64,000 nt of DNA from a bacterium (GCA_030693205.1 JAUYBG010000006.1:68015-132014); one strand, 5' to 3'; positions 37,776 through 48,350 are shown, numbered from the stretch's first letter. Numbers and translations are program-made. The notes: generated from the letters alone by a model not told the origin.

Positions 37776-38426
37776 TTATTTTTGCGAATCTAAAATTTGT
37801 TTTATTAATCTTGATTCTGTCGCTTCTAATCCCGATTGTTCATTCTCTGTCTCTATCACGACATCTCTTAATTGTTGTTTTTCAATTTTCCATTCCCCAT
37901 TAACATTTTTGAAAATAAAAACCTGAAGTATGATTCCTGGCCACCCGTCAAGTTCTTGACTAAAACTAAAATCAACAAGACTTATTATTCCAATTCTATC
38001 AAACAAATTTTTATAGATTCTTGGTAAACTAAATTTTAATGTTCCAATTGTATCGTTTACTTCTAACGGATAACGAGTAATTAGCCTCTTTGACTCTTCT
38101 TTATGCGCCTCAAATACTCCTGGTAAATATAAGTTTTTAACTTTCTCTAAGCTTTCTTCTTTTTTAGTAGAATTATATTCTTCTTGCGCTTTAATAATTT
38201 TTTCTATAATTCCATTAAACTTTTTGATTTCTTCTTCCGATATTTTAGCAGTTTCAATACCTAAGCTTTTATTATGTTTTTCTGAAGTATTAAAAACCTT
38301 AACACCAAGTATTGGTTCAAGCAATCCATAAGTATCCGAAGAAGTTTGAAGTTGTACAACAAAAAACATTAAAACGCCTACAACAAGCGCTATTCCTATA
38401 ATAATTGTAATAAGTTTTTTATTCAT
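37776..38426 (-). CDS. hypothetical membrane-anchored protein
   Basis: 216 aa with an N-terminal TM helix. Confidence 0.5.
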   Translation of the reverse strand: MNKKLITIIIGIALVVGVLMFFVVQLQTSSDTYGLLEPILGVKVFNTSEKHNKSLGIETAKISEEEIKKFNGIIEKIIKAQEEYNSTKKEESLEKVKNLYLPGVFEAHKEESKRLITRYPLEVNDTIGTLKFSLPRIYKNLFDRIGIISLVDFSFSQELDGWPGIILQVFIFKNVNGEWKIEKQQLRDVVIETENEQSGLEATESRLIKQILDSQK

Positions 38427-38540
38427 AGTATTTTTTTAATTTTTATAATTTAAGTTTATCCTATAAATGGTAAAAAGTAAATCTTTAGAAGATAATACGA
38501 TGATTATCCCCTAAAGATTGTTTAATCGCTTGCTCTTTGT

Positions 38541-38960
38541 TTAATCGAACAGGTAAAAGATCGGCTCCATCTTTTTATCCATTTCGATATCCATCGGATC
38601 GGCTATTTCCCATGTCCAGCGCCACGATCCGCTTCTTGGAACCAAAACATTGGGCGCCATTCTTATTGCTGCATGGCCCCTAATTTCTGCCATTATCGAA
38701 TTCTTGTCCCTGACAATGGTCATTCCTTGCTGTTTTGCTACTTGCAGAACTACATCTGCTGCATATTGTGGGAAATAATACATTTGCCATGCATCAGAGT
38801 AGGTATAGGAACATAATTGTATAACTTGTGTTCCTGAGCCCCAGCCATTGCAAGGATTACTTGCACTTCTTGGACCGATTGAATATGCTGATGCATTTGG
38901 TATCATGGCAAACATTGCCACTATCAGCAGTGCGATGACTGCTAAACTCATTTTCTTCAT
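38541..38960 (-). CDS. small secreted protein
   Basis: Signal peptide MKKMSLAVIALLIVAMFAMIPNASA; upstream region duplicated ahead of the M23 gene at 40011. Confidence 0.5.
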   Translation of the reverse strand: MKKMSLAVIALLIVAMFAMIPNASAYSIGPRSASNPCNGWGSGTQVIQLCSYTYSDAWQMYYFPQYAADVVLQVAKQQGMTIVRDKNSIMAEIRGHAAIRMAPNVLVPRSGSWRWTWEIADPMDIEMDKKMEPIFYLFD

Positions 38961-39123
38961 TTCTGATCACTTCTTGATTTATTTTCGTTTTTCGTTTTTC
39001 TGCTTTTAATTTCCCCAGTCTTCTTTGCGCTTTTTGCGCGTTTTTTTTGTTTTAGAGAGCTACATTTTGTTTGCCTCCAATACCACTAATACTAACAAAA
39101 AAAGCCGTTCTGTCAAACGCTTT

Positions 39124-39190
39124 TTGGGGGATAAATAATTAATAAAAAAATGGGCGGTATATCAATAATATAATTGCTCGCTCGGAAAAA
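39124..39190. repeat. conserved upstream block, copy 1 (...tgggcggtatatca...atataattgctcgctcggaaaaa)
   Basis: Shared with 40801-40876; both lie ~200-300 nt upstream of secreted-protein genes. Confidence 0.45.
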
Positions 39191-39279
39191 GCGGCAAATA
39201 AAAATTTGACCGACGACGATTTAAATGATAAACTGGAATTACTAAATAAATAAATTTTATAAAATATAGTAATAAATTT

Positions 39280-39933
39280 ATGATTATAAAAGATATTTTA
39301 AAAGAAACAATTAATAAAATACTAATTTTATCGATTGCTATTGTTGCTGTTTTTTTAAGTTACTATTTAGTAAGCAAGAATAATAATAAATTACCGCAAA
39401 AGCCAATAGTTTTTTTATCGTCAAATAATATTTGGGTTATGAATTCCGACGGAACGGACAAAAAACAATTAACAGACACGGGATATGACACGACTCCTTC
39501 TTTTAATTCCAATGAATCAAAAATTGTTTTTAGTAGAAAAGGAGAAATATTAACAATGGACTCTAGCGGAAATGATCAAATAGTTCTAGTGAATAATGAC
39601 GAATATAGTAATGGGTTTCCAGCGTGGAGTCCTAACGGTAGTAAAATAGTTTACGTAGCAGCTAAAAGTATAAAACTCATGAGCTATAACGAATGGCAAC
39701 CAATACCGTATGAGATATGGATAATGGATAGCGATGGAAATAACAAAAAAAAGATATTCGAAGATTTAAAAGACAAAAAAGATTTATCATGGAATCCTGA
39801 TGGATCAAAAATATCTTTTAAAGCTTCTATTAAAGAAATTACTCAGCCTGAAATGTATGATCTTCCTTATGAACTTTGGGAAATTAATACTGACGGTAGC
39901 GGTTTAAAACAATTAACAAAATTTGAAGAATAG
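39280..39933 (+). CDS. TolB-like beta-propeller (PD40 repeat) protein
   Basis: Repeated DGT/DGS...(I/L)...F/Y PD40-like motifs. Confidence 0.5.
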   Translation: MIIKDILKETINKILILSIAIVAVFLSYYLVSKNNNKLPQKPIVFLSSNNIWVMNSDGTDKKQLTDTGYDTTPSFNSNESKIVFSRKGEILTMDSSGNDQIVLVNNDEYSNGFPAWSPNGSKIVYVAAKSIKLMSYNEWQPIPYEIWIMDSDGNNKKKIFEDLKDKKDLSWNPDGSKISFKASIKEITQPEMYDLPYELWEINTDGSGLKQLTKFEE

Positions 39934-40010
39934 CCGAGTGTGGTAACTAAAAATTAAATAAAAAAATGGAGCAGTTGTTTATTACTGCTCCTTGTATATT
40001 TCTCTGTATT

Positions 40011-40580
40011 TTACCAGAGATCACTTCCTCCTGTTTGTGGGGCATAGCCGAATCTGATGTATTCTCTGGGATTACGGAAAGTCCCATACCTGCTATTTTC
40101 ATTGAGTTCAAAATGCAAATGCAGTCCAGTAACGCCTACTGTGTTTCCAGTATTACCTACTGTTCCGATTTGCGTTCCAGCGTAGATCGTATTTCCCACG
40201 TTAACATTTACAGTATTTAGGTGGTAATATTTTGTCCATTCTTCCGTTGGACAATAATTTCTATATTTGTTTGAGTCACCTGGATTATGTTGGATAATAA
40301 CATAGTTTCCAGCTCCATATGCGCCTGTGTCGTATCTGTAAGATCCTGTTCTAATCTCTTTCACAACGCCTGTTGAGGGAGCATATACCGGAGTGTCTAG
40401 TGGTGCATATATATCTATACCTGTGTGAGCATCACCATACTCTTGTGTTATTACTGCGCTTGATGCGGTTATTGGCTTTACCATTGTTTGTCCGAATGAT
40501 CCCATAACTGGCTGTATTGCCAGAAGCCCTATCGCAGCTAGCATTATTATTGCTAGCAATCCAAATCTGATTTTCCTCAT
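40011..40580 (-). CDS. secreted M23 family peptidase
   Basis: HTGIDI, GNYVIIQH, GNTGNTVGVTGLHLHFE. Start at MRKIRFGLLAII, since the track N-terminus is implausible. Confidence 0.75.
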   Translation of the reverse strand: MRKIRFGLLAIIMLAAIGLLAIQPVMGSFGQTMVKPITASSAVITQEYGDAHTGIDIYAPLDTPVYAPSTGVVKEIRTGSYRYDTGAYGAGNYVIIQHNPGDSNKYRNYCPTEEWTKYYHLNTVNVNVGNTIYAGTQIGTVGNTGNTVGVTGLHLHFELNENSRYGTFRNPREYIRFGYAPQTGGSDLW

Positions 40581-40800
40581 TTCTACCACTTCTTGTTTTA
40601 TTTTCTTTTTTTGTTTTTCTGCGTTCAAATTACTTAATCGTCTATGCGTTTTTTGCGCTTTTTTATTTCTAGTGTGCTCGCCTCGTATTTATTACGGGCT
40701 ATTTTTAAAATTCCTCCATTTTTATCATCCTTCACCCCTTGAGGTTAAAATGATACTTCTAATGATACAAAAAAAAAGGCCATTTCGTCAATGTCCAAAT

Positions 40801-40876
40801 TGGGGATAACTTCCCAATAAATTTATTAAAAAATTGTGGGCGGTATATCAGCGATATAATTGCTCGCTCGGAAAAA
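40801..40876. repeat. conserved upstream block, copy 2
   Basis: See 39124-39190. Confidence 0.45.
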
Positions 40877-40995
40877 ATAAAAGTAAACTTTTGCTTTTTC
40901 CTCGTTTCACAATTATAGGACTTGAACCCCGATACCATTTGCCTTCGGCAAAGCTACGGGGCAGGCCTATGACCTTTTGTTGTTTCACACATCGG

Positions 40996-41069
40996 TGGGC
41001 ATATCTGGACTCGAACCAGAGACCTCGTCGATGTGAACGACGCGCTCTAACCAACTGAGCTATATGCCC
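40996..41069 (-). tRNA. tRNA-Val (anticodon CAC)
   Basis: Minus-strand cloverleaf gggcatatagctcagttggttagagcgcgtcgttcacatcgacgaggtctctggttcgagtccagatatgccca. Confidence 0.8.
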
Positions 41070-41075
41070 TTGCCT

Positions 41076-41669
41076 TTATTCGTCCCGCCTGTCTTTTTCT
41101 TCCAGCTTCATCTTATTGACGATTACCATATTGGGCTCTTCCAGCATCGCCATAATAAATTTATCATAAAGATCAAACCGATAAAGAAACTCTTTGCTGT
41201 CCATCAGGGTAAAATTCACTTCCTGCCCGATCTCCGCTTCCAAATTCTCGACGATTTTTTTAAACCGAGTTTTGTTCAGCTTGTCGCTTACCGCCAAAAG
41301 ATCCACCGATCCTTTTTGATTTCCCAGCAATACGCCCCCCACGGCGGCAAACCGGATCTCGCTGATCTTCTTGATCACGCCGGAGACGGAACTATTCGCC
41401 ATCGGCGTTTCTTTTAAAATCAATCTTTTAACTTCAAGGAGATAGGAGAATTTGGGATTAAGCTGATATTTTTTGGCTCCTTTTGTGTTTTTGGAAATTA
41501 TAAACTTCACCCTTGAAAGCCGGCGCAAAAAAATGGAAATGGTTTTTACTCTCCCTTTTACTTTTTCCCCGATTTCCGCTTGAGTAAAAATGTTTTCGGG
41601 ATTCTGGATAAATAATTTCAAAATCCTGATAAAAAACTTTGAACCAAAAAAAATTTCTAAATTCGACAT
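41076..41669 (-). CDS. hypothetical protein (possible wHTH plus nucleotidyltransferase-like)
   Basis: 197-aa ORF. Confidence 0.4.
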   Translation of the reverse strand: MSNLEIFFGSKFFIRILKLFIQNPENIFTQAEIGEKVKGRVKTISIFLRRLSRVKFIISKNTKGAKKYQLNPKFSYLLEVKRLILKETPMANSSVSGVIKKISEIRFAAVGGVLLGNQKGSVDLLAVSDKLNKTRFKKIVENLEAEIGQEVNFTLMDSKEFLYRFDLYDKFIMAMLEEPNMVIVNKMKLEEKDRRDE

Positions 41670-41802
41670 AAATTAATGATTATAAACTCGCCCTTAAAAT
41701 TAAAAAAACGCGAGATTACGCTAAAAACATAGCCGTGTTTGCTTAATAGCCCCAAAAACTGTATAATAATGTATGATGTTATTATATTAGCAATAACGCC
41801 TT

Positions 41803-44076
41803 ATGTCAAATATAGAAATCAAAACCGTAGAGCTGACTATCGCGCCAAAGAACGAAAGATCCAGGGCTTTTTTGGATACCTGCGTTTTTGAACCGGAAAA
41901 TATCGAAGAACAAAACCTGGGCAATCTATATATTACCGGCGAAATCGCTAAAATCCCTTCAAACTCGGAATATCTTATAAACCTCCTGGTTTCCACGATA
42001 AGAAAAGAATATTATTCCAATACCAGCCGCTCTCCTATCGAAAGCCTGGAGCAAAGCTTGAGCAAGACGAACGAAGTGCTGGCGGATTTTGCCGAACAAG
42101 GCAATATTGAATGGATCGGCAATTTGCACATAGTCATTGCCGTATTGAAAAACGACACTCTCTATTTCAGCCAGACGGGACTCGCGCAAACTTTTCTTCT
42201 TCGAGACAAAAATGTGATCAATATCGGACTGGATCTGGTCAGCGATCCGAAACCCCATCCGCTTAAAACTTTTTCCAATATTGCCAGCGGACAGATCAGC
42301 GAAGGCGATAAAATAGTATTGGCCACGTCGGAGTTCAAAAATATCGCCACCGAACTGAAGATCAGAAAAATTTTCGGCGAAGGAGTGAATGAATTTTTTG
42401 AAGAAAAAATAGAATCCAATCTGGGTAAAAATATAAACGTCGCGATAATATTTCTGGAAGTCAAAAAAAAGGCGTCTTCGACGGGCATCAATTTCATAAA
42501 AATACTAACGGAACCGAATCTCGAAAATCTGGGAATAAACCCGAGGCAGGAATTGGATCTCCGCGAGACGCAAAAATTCTCTCCGAAATTCCCGGGAGAC
42601 AATGACCGGGTCGAAGAAGTGATCAACGAGCTGAACTTGCAAGAAATGGAAATGCCGGTAAGCCAGAAGATCAGAAGGGCGGCAAAAACGGTCAAGTTCG
42701 TCGTTGAAAGTATCAAAAAAATAATCATTTTTTTCTACTTTCTTGTTCGAAAAATTATAATTTACATTTATTCTTTCTTGGGGCCGAAAATAAGCGCCTT
42801 GATAAATTATCTTTTAACGAAAATCGGTAATTTCATCAGGTCTGTTTCCTTATTCGCAGCGATCATCGAAACAATAGGAAGCGTGTCGGATACCGCCAGA
42901 GAAAAAATCAGCAGCGCCACTCCCCGATATATCAAGAACCTCTCTCTTAGAAATAAAATAATAATTACCGCCGCCCTAATCATCGTGGCCGGGGCCGTTT
43001 TTAGCGTTTCTCTTTATAACGATAAGAAAAAAGAAGAAAATAATATCCGCACTTTTTCCGCGCTTCTTGAAACTGCCAAAAAAGCCCAGAAAGACGCTGA
43101 AATTGCCCAAGCGAATGAAATTTACCAGGGAAAAGATAAAACTATCGGCTTTGTCAGAACCGCTTTATCCACTTCCGAAAAAATCATCCAGTCGGGTTAT
43201 TTTGTAAATGAAGCGCGAGCGATAAAAGAAAACGCGCTGAAACAAATGGATAAAGCGGAAGGGATCACCAGGCTGAACGGCATCTCTAAAATTTTTGATT
43301 TTGCCGCCCGTTCCAAAAATATCCGCACTGACGGCCTTGTTTGGCTCGGGAAAAAATTATATTCATTCAATTCCGCCAACAACGCTATCTATAAATACGA
43401 CCTCGCTCTGAAAACCGGCGAGATCATGGCGGTAAATTCCAAAGACATCGGGCATCTTAAGATCTCTATAATAGCCAATGCTGAAATAGTTTTCTTCACC
43501 GATCTGCCGGGAACCGCCTCTTACGAACCTTCAAAAAGCGATATTAAAAAATTATCAATTAAGTTCGCCGAAAAAGAAAGCGATATAGCCGGCATTGCGT
43601 TTTATAAACAAAACTCCAGCCTTTACGCCCTTAGCAAAAACGATAATGAAATTTACAGGCACCGCTCGATTGCCGCGGGCTTTACGATTGGAGAAAAATG
43701 GACGAAAGGAACGGAAAAAAATCCACTGCTTATCAATCCGGTATCCCTGGCGATAGATGGCGATATCTATGTCCTGCAAAACAACAATATCGATCCGATC
43801 GTAAGATTGACCAAAGGATCAAAAAATGATTTTTCAACTCCCGACCTTTTCATACCGCTCAATGAAGCTACGAAAATAGCCACGGAAATCGGAGCAATGA
43901 ATCTTTATATACTCGATCCGAAAAATAAGCGGGTGGTGGTGATCGCCAAAACCGGAAAAGTGGTAAAACAATTTGTCAGCGATAAATTCGACAATTTAAC
44001 CGATATCGCGATCAGCCCGGCGGAAAAAGATATCTATGTCCTGAACGGCACTTCGGTGTATGAAATCGCGCTATAA
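41803..44076 (+). CDS. large membrane protein with an N-terminal PP2C-like region and C-terminal beta-propeller-like repeats
   Basis: 757 aa; NLHIVIAVLKNDTLYFSQTGLAQTFLLRD and GDKIVLATSEF resemble PP2C blocks (weak); TM helices mid-protein. Confidence 0.45.
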   Translation: MSNIEIKTVELTIAPKNERSRAFLDTCVFEPENIEEQNLGNLYITGEIAKIPSNSEYLINLLVSTIRKEYYSNTSRSPIESLEQSLSKTNEVLADFAEQGNIEWIGNLHIVIAVLKNDTLYFSQTGLAQTFLLRDKNVINIGLDLVSDPKPHPLKTFSNIASGQISEGDKIVLATSEFKNIATELKIRKIFGEGVNEFFEEKIESNLGKNINVAIIFLEVKKKASSTGINFIKILTEPNLENLGINPRQELDLRETQKFSPKFPGDNDRVEEVINELNLQEMEMPVSQKIRRAAKTVKFVVESIKKIIIFFYFLVRKIIIYIYSFLGPKISALINYLLTKIGNFIRSVSLFAAIIETIGSVSDTAREKISSATPRYIKNLSLRNKIIITAALIIVAGAVFSVSLYNDKKKEENNIRTFSALLETAKKAQKDAEIAQANEIYQGKDKTIGFVRTALSTSEKIIQSGYFVNEARAIKENALKQMDKAEGITRLNGISKIFDFAARSKNIRTDGLVWLGKKLYSFNSANNAIYKYDLALKTGEIMAVNSKDIGHLKISIIANAEIVFFTDLPGTASYEPSKSDIKKLSIKFAEKESDIAGIAFYKQNSSLYALSKNDNEIYRHRSIAAGFTIGEKWTKGTEKNPLLINPVSLAIDGDIYVLQNNNIDPIVRLTKGSKNDFSTPDLFIPLNEATKIATEIGAMNLYILDPKNKRVVVIAKTGKVVKQFVSDKFDNLTDIAISPAEKDIYVLNGTSVYEIAL

Positions 44077-44100
44077 TCAAAATTAAATTTTTTAATAAAA

Positions 44101-44140
44101 AATAACCGGAATTTAGACTCACTAAATCCGGTTTTATTTA
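44101..44140. terminator. bidirectional terminator
   Basis: ccggaatttagactcactaaatccgg followed by tttt. Confidence 0.45.
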
Positions 44141-44200
44141 TGTTTAATTTTATTAATTGCTTTTCTATTTTTCACCTTCGTGAATTTCTAACTTTGCCAT

Positions 44201-46081
44201 TTAGCCAGTATATGGATTCATCAGCGGGTATCTGTCTCTATTGCTGCCTCCGGGTATTGGATACGGGATATCACCTATGCCGTCGCCATTCAAGTCTATG
44301 CCTGTGTAGTCTGAATAATAGTTGCCTACAGTGCCATTGTCCCACTGATTGCTGCCTGTGTCGTAACAATTGAGACTATTGTTAACAAGATTATTTTGGT
44401 AAACTTTGTTGTAGACAGAAGCTTCCAAAACGATCCCATAGCTGTTATTCGAGGCGCTGTTGCCATTCAATGTGTTGTTATTGCTGGACTGCCACAGATA
44501 GATGCCGTTACGATAGTTGTTTGATACATTGTTGCCAGTCAGAGTGTTGTTGTTGGAAGAGTGCAGGAATATACCATCAAAATTATTCGAGCTGACATTG
44601 TTGTCAATCAGAGTATTGTTATTGTTTCCGTCTTCCGTCAGAATACCGTGGGCATTGTTCGCGCTAATATTGTTGCCAATTAGCATATTATTGCTGGAAG
44701 ATACCATACTGATACCGAAGTAATTATTCGAGGCTTTGTTGTTTATCAGCGTATTATTATTGGTATAATACAGAGATATGCCGAAGTAGGCATTAAGGTT
44801 GGCTTCATTATCGCTTAATCTGTTGTTATCAGAAGTAACCCTAATTCCTATATTAGCCTTGATCATTTTAAAGCCTTTCAGAGTGATTCCATCGGCAGAA
44901 AGCGTAATCGCGCTTCCGTTACTATTGGCATCTATGACAGGATTTCCAATTCCTTTCAGTATTAACTGCTTATTTACATTTACGTTTTCATAATACGTGC
45001 CGCTGTAAACATCAATCTCGTCTCCAATACTTGCATCGTTGATGGCTACCTGAATACTTGTGTAGTCAGTATTTTTATTGACATTATGCACAGGTCCGGT
45101 GGGTGCTGGTGTTGGCGTGGGTGTTGGGGTCGGTGTTGGAGGCGGTGCTGGCGCGCTGATAGTAAAATATCCATCGCTAGCATCGGTACGTTTTGAGTTC
45201 TCCATACTGGTAACAACTATCCTGTAGTCTGTTCCTGTCTCATGAGTGGCAGGAATAGTCCAAAGATACGAGCCATCGCCGTTATAGTCTGTCGGGACAA
45301 AAAAGGCAATGAGTTCGGTGAACAAGGAAGAAGAACCTTTTTGAAGTTCAATTTTTACCGAAGTTGTCTGCTTTCCTGTATACTTCCACTGGATCTTTTG
45401 CTCGCTTCCAGCTGGCCAGTTTTCTCCGCCGTTGGGAGAGAGAACTGTGAGTTTTTGTTTTGGTGGAATTGGTGGTAATAGGTGTTCATTAATAAACGCT
45501 GATGGATTATACCATGTATCAACCTGTTGTTCATGAGTAAATTTTTTACATGGTTGCGAGTACCCTACATATGGCCAATTACCGCAAACATTAGCATTTA
45601 TAGAATCTAATCCCTTGCGGATACCAAAATGTAAGTGTGTAAATAACCACCCACCATTTTCTGAACTATTTCCAATATATCCAATTATTTGTCCTTTACT
45701 TACAGAATCTTTATTGCTTACATTAAGACCTTTACCTAAATGGCCATAGAGAGTAGTTACGTCACTATTTGGGTGTTTGATTATAACTACATTTCCATAC
45801 CCTTTCTTTGGACCGGCAAATATGACAATACCATCGGAAGCGGCTTTAACTTGTATAAGTGGATCTGCGGGTATGTCTACGCCCAAATGGTAACCGCTAG
45901 ATCCATTTCCATCCCAGTTATTTATCCACCAGTTTAAACCAAAGCCACGTGATTCGTTCCACGGTATATCAAGTGGATATTGAAAGGTGTTATTTGCTGC
46001 CATTGCTATGCTGGAAAATAGTATTACTATTATTCCAGATACAAGCACTGCACTTACTGTATTTCTAATTTTTTCTTTCAT
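44201..46081 (-). CDS. secreted M23 peptidase, Pro/Thr linker, right-handed beta-helix repeat domain
   Basis: YHLGVDI, GYGNVVIIKH, FTHLHFG; PTPTPTPTP linker; tandem NN..L..N.(A/S).NN..GI repeats. Confidence 0.75.
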   Translation of the reverse strand: MKEKIRNTVSAVLVSGIIVILFSSIAMAANNTFQYPLDIPWNESRGFGLNWWINNWDGNGSSGYHLGVDIPADPLIQVKAASDGIVIFAGPKKGYGNVVIIKHPNSDVTTLYGHLGKGLNVSNKDSVSKGQIIGYIGNSSENGGWLFTHLHFGIRKGLDSINANVCGNWPYVGYSQPCKKFTHEQQVDTWYNPSAFINEHLLPPIPPKQKLTVLSPNGGENWPAGSEQKIQWKYTGKQTTSVKIELQKGSSSLFTELIAFFVPTDYNGDGSYLWTIPATHETGTDYRIVVTSMENSKRTDASDGYFTISAPAPPPTPTPTPTPTPAPTGPVHNVNKNTDYTSIQVAINDASIGDEIDVYSGTYYENVNVNKQLILKGIGNPVIDANSNGSAITLSADGITLKGFKMIKANIGIRVTSDNNRLSDNEANLNAYFGISLYYTNNNTLINNKASNNYFGISMVSSSNNMLIGNNISANNAHGILTEDGNNNNTLIDNNVSSNNFDGIFLHSSNNNTLTGNNVSNNYRNGIYLWQSSNNNTLNGNSASNNSYGIVLEASVYNKVYQNNLVNNSLNCYDTGSNQWDNGTVGNYYSDYTGIDLNGDGIGDIPYPIPGGSNRDRYPLMNPYTG

Positions 46082-46346
46082 TTCTGATCACTTTTCTCCT
46101 ATATTGTTTTTTATTTCTCTATCGATACCTTGGAAATCTGTTAGATTCCTCGTTTTTTTTATTCTCAATTTTAGTGTGCATTTTAGCTCCTTTTTATCAC
46201 TTTTTGTTTAAAGTGAACCTATGTAGATTAGTATATCTTAGCTAATTTGTCAATAATTTGCACACATAGTTATTATAGCAATAGTTTGACTTAAAAGATT
46301 ATTTATGGTAATTTTATAATGTTAAAATAAATAAATTAAAATTCAT

Positions 46347-46919
46347 ATGAAATTATCTATTACTGAAAAAACTTTACTTCTAGCCGGAATAATTTTAGCT
46401 ATACTACTTTACACTGTAGCTGTATATGAAAGTGGAAAAAAGACACCTGTCAGTTTAACTCCCACTCCAAATGCTTCTTCGATATTATTAACTACTCCCG
46501 AGACTGATATATCAAACTGGAAGACTTACACCAATAATCAATATGGATTTGAAATTAATTATCCTGAGAATTTAAAAACTGAACAGCCTGTTCCTAATGT
46601 TTTTATTATCTATGCACCAAACAATATAGAATATCTACAAATTTCTAATGCTAGCGATACAATACCGCCAAGACCAGAAAACTATATTCCTAATCTTGCA
46701 AAATTTGTTGGTACAGTAAATATCGGCGATAAAAAGGCGGATAAATATTATACCAATAATCCGCAGGGCGAGGGAGGTATAATCGAAAATACTTCTTATA
46801 CAGATTACGTTGTTATTCTAGACGAAAAACGATGGGTACATATCAGTTATTTTGGTGAAAAAGAGATCGCAAATTTGTTTGAAACAATTATTTCTACTTT
46901 TAAATTTTTAAACAAATAA
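46347..46919 (+). CDS. hypothetical secreted protein, paralog of 47179-47811
   Basis: N-terminal TM/signal; shared motifs DISNWKTYTNNQYGFEINYPEN and ISTFKFLN. Confidence 0.5.
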   Translation: MKLSITEKTLLLAGIILAILLYTVAVYESGKKTPVSLTPTPNASSILLTTPETDISNWKTYTNNQYGFEINYPENLKTEQPVPNVFIIYAPNNIEYLQISNASDTIPPRPENYIPNLAKFVGTVNIGDKKADKYYTNNPQGEGGIIENTSYTDYVVILDEKRWVHISYFGEKEIANLFETIISTFKFLNK

Positions 46920-46923
46920 TAAT

Positions 46924-46957
46924 AGAAAAAACAACCTTTCGCGGGTTGTTTTTTTAA
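46924..46957. terminator. bidirectional terminator
   Basis: aaaaaacaacctttcgcgggttgttttttt. Confidence 0.45.
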
Positions 46958-47122
46958 ATTAATTTTACATTTCTGTTTGATTTATTTCATTTCTGATCAC
47001 TTTTTCTCCTGCCTTAAGGCAAATTTATTCGATTTTGAAGGTACTGTGTTATTTTTCCTCCGTTGGTAATATTAAAGGAAATGGAGTATTTGTCAAGAGT
47101 TTGTTATTGTAAAAAGCAAATT

Positions 47123-47149
47123 AAAAAGCGAGATTTTACTCGCTTTTTG
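47123..47149. terminator. terminator
   Basis: aaaagcgag...ctcgcttttt. Confidence 0.4.
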
Positions 47150-47178
47150 GAAAATTATTCTAAGTCTAAATTTTAAAT

Positions 47179-47811
47179 CTATTCTATAAATTTAAAAGTA
47201 GAGAGCATTTGATTAAAAGTATCTTCCAATAATTTTTTTTCAGAGACACCAAGAGCCAATGCATTAATACGACTAGTTATTATAAAGGAAAAGTTTTGTT
47301 TTGGGTACTCAACTGCAAAAGAAGTACCCCCCCATTTTTCATCCACTTGACGAATAAATGACAAATCATTAATCAAAACTTTTTTCTCTATTGTGTTCTT
47401 CGATTTTGGATATACTTTATAGTAATCTTCGAGTGACCCACTGCTTACTATTATTGCAATTGGATCTACTCTGCTTTCTTCTAACAAATAAACTTTATTT
47501 TTAGGGAAAAAATTAATTAGACTTATAATAGGTTTTATTGCTTCTGGATTTATTATTTTAGCTTCTTCAGCTACCCATTCAGGATTCTGAGAATATTTTA
47601 TTTCAAACCCATATTCTTCGTTCCCATAAGTCTTCCAGTCCGAAATATTAACAACAGGCGTTGGTTCTACCGTCGGTTGAACCGTACCCAGCGGATAATT
47701 TTTAAGTGGATAATAGATATAGATATTTATACACAACGCCGCAATAAGAGCAAACAAAACAATGACAAAAATTAAAAGTGATTTTGAAGATGATGATTTA
47801 TTTTCAGCCAT
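47179..47811 (-). CDS. hypothetical secreted protein, paralog of 46347-46919
   Basis: NISDWKTYGNEEYGFEIKYSQN and LSTFKFIE. Confidence 0.5.
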   Translation of the reverse strand: MAENKSSSSKSLLIFVIVLFALIAALCINIYIYYPLKNYPLGTVQPTVEPTPVVNISDWKTYGNEEYGFEIKYSQNPEWVAEEAKIINPEAIKPIISLINFFPKNKVYLLEESRVDPIAIIVSSGSLEDYYKVYPKSKNTIEKKVLINDLSFIRQVDEKWGGTSFAVEYPKQNFSFIITSRINALALGVSEKKLLEDTFNQMLSTFKFIE

Positions 47812-47883
47812 AAATTATTTTAACAATTATATTTTCATTCTAACATAAAAACGCAAAGCTTACAACCACTACGTCTAATACGC

Positions 47884-47915
47884 AAAAACTCCACAGATAA
47901 ATCTGTAGAGTTTTT
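47884..47915. terminator. terminator downstream of rplL
   Basis: aactccacagataaatctgtagagtt with flanking A/T runs. Confidence 0.45.
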
Positions 47916-47936
47916 AAGCATAAATTGCTCTTGTTC

Positions 47937-48350
47937 TTATTTTAATTCTACGGTTGCGCCAGCGGCTTCCAATTTTTTCTTGATCTCTTCAGCTTCAACT
48001 TTTGAAGCTTTTTCTTTGATCATTTTTGGAGCGGCATCAACCAGATCTTTGGCATCTTTCAAGCCCTTGCCGGTAACTTCCCTGACCACTTTGATCACGG
48101 CAATTTTTTGATCGCCAGCGGCTTTTAATTCAACATTGAATTCGGTCTTTTCTTCAGCGGCGGCAGCGCCAGCGGCGGCAGGCATTGCGCCCATCATTAC
48201 CGGAGCTTGGGCGGATACGCCGAATTTTTTCTCCAAAACTTTCACTAATTCCGCCAAATCAAGAACGCTTAACTTCTCGATTTTTTCAACCAGATCCGCG
48301 AATTTCGCCGGAACTACAACTGCTTCTTCTTTTTTTGTTTCTTCTGCCAT
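47937..48350 (-). CDS. rplL: 50S ribosomal protein L7/L12
   Basis: Ala-rich hinge and conserved C-terminal domain ([19 protein letters not shown]). Confidence 0.9.
   Translation of the reverse strand: MAEETKKEEAVVVPAKFADLVEKIEKLSVLDLAELVKVLEKKFGVSAQAPVMMGAMPAAAGAAAAEEKTEFNVELKAAGDQKIAVIKVVREVTGKGLKDAKDLVDAAPKMIKEKASKVEAEEIKKKLEAAGATVELK

Noticed and set aside
40900-40990. tRNA-like fragment adjacent to tRNA-Val (ggggttcaagtcc T-loop-like motif on minus strand)
   Set aside because: Could not fold into a complete cloverleaf (no complementary T-stem or acceptor); possibly a decayed tRNA remnant, not callable.
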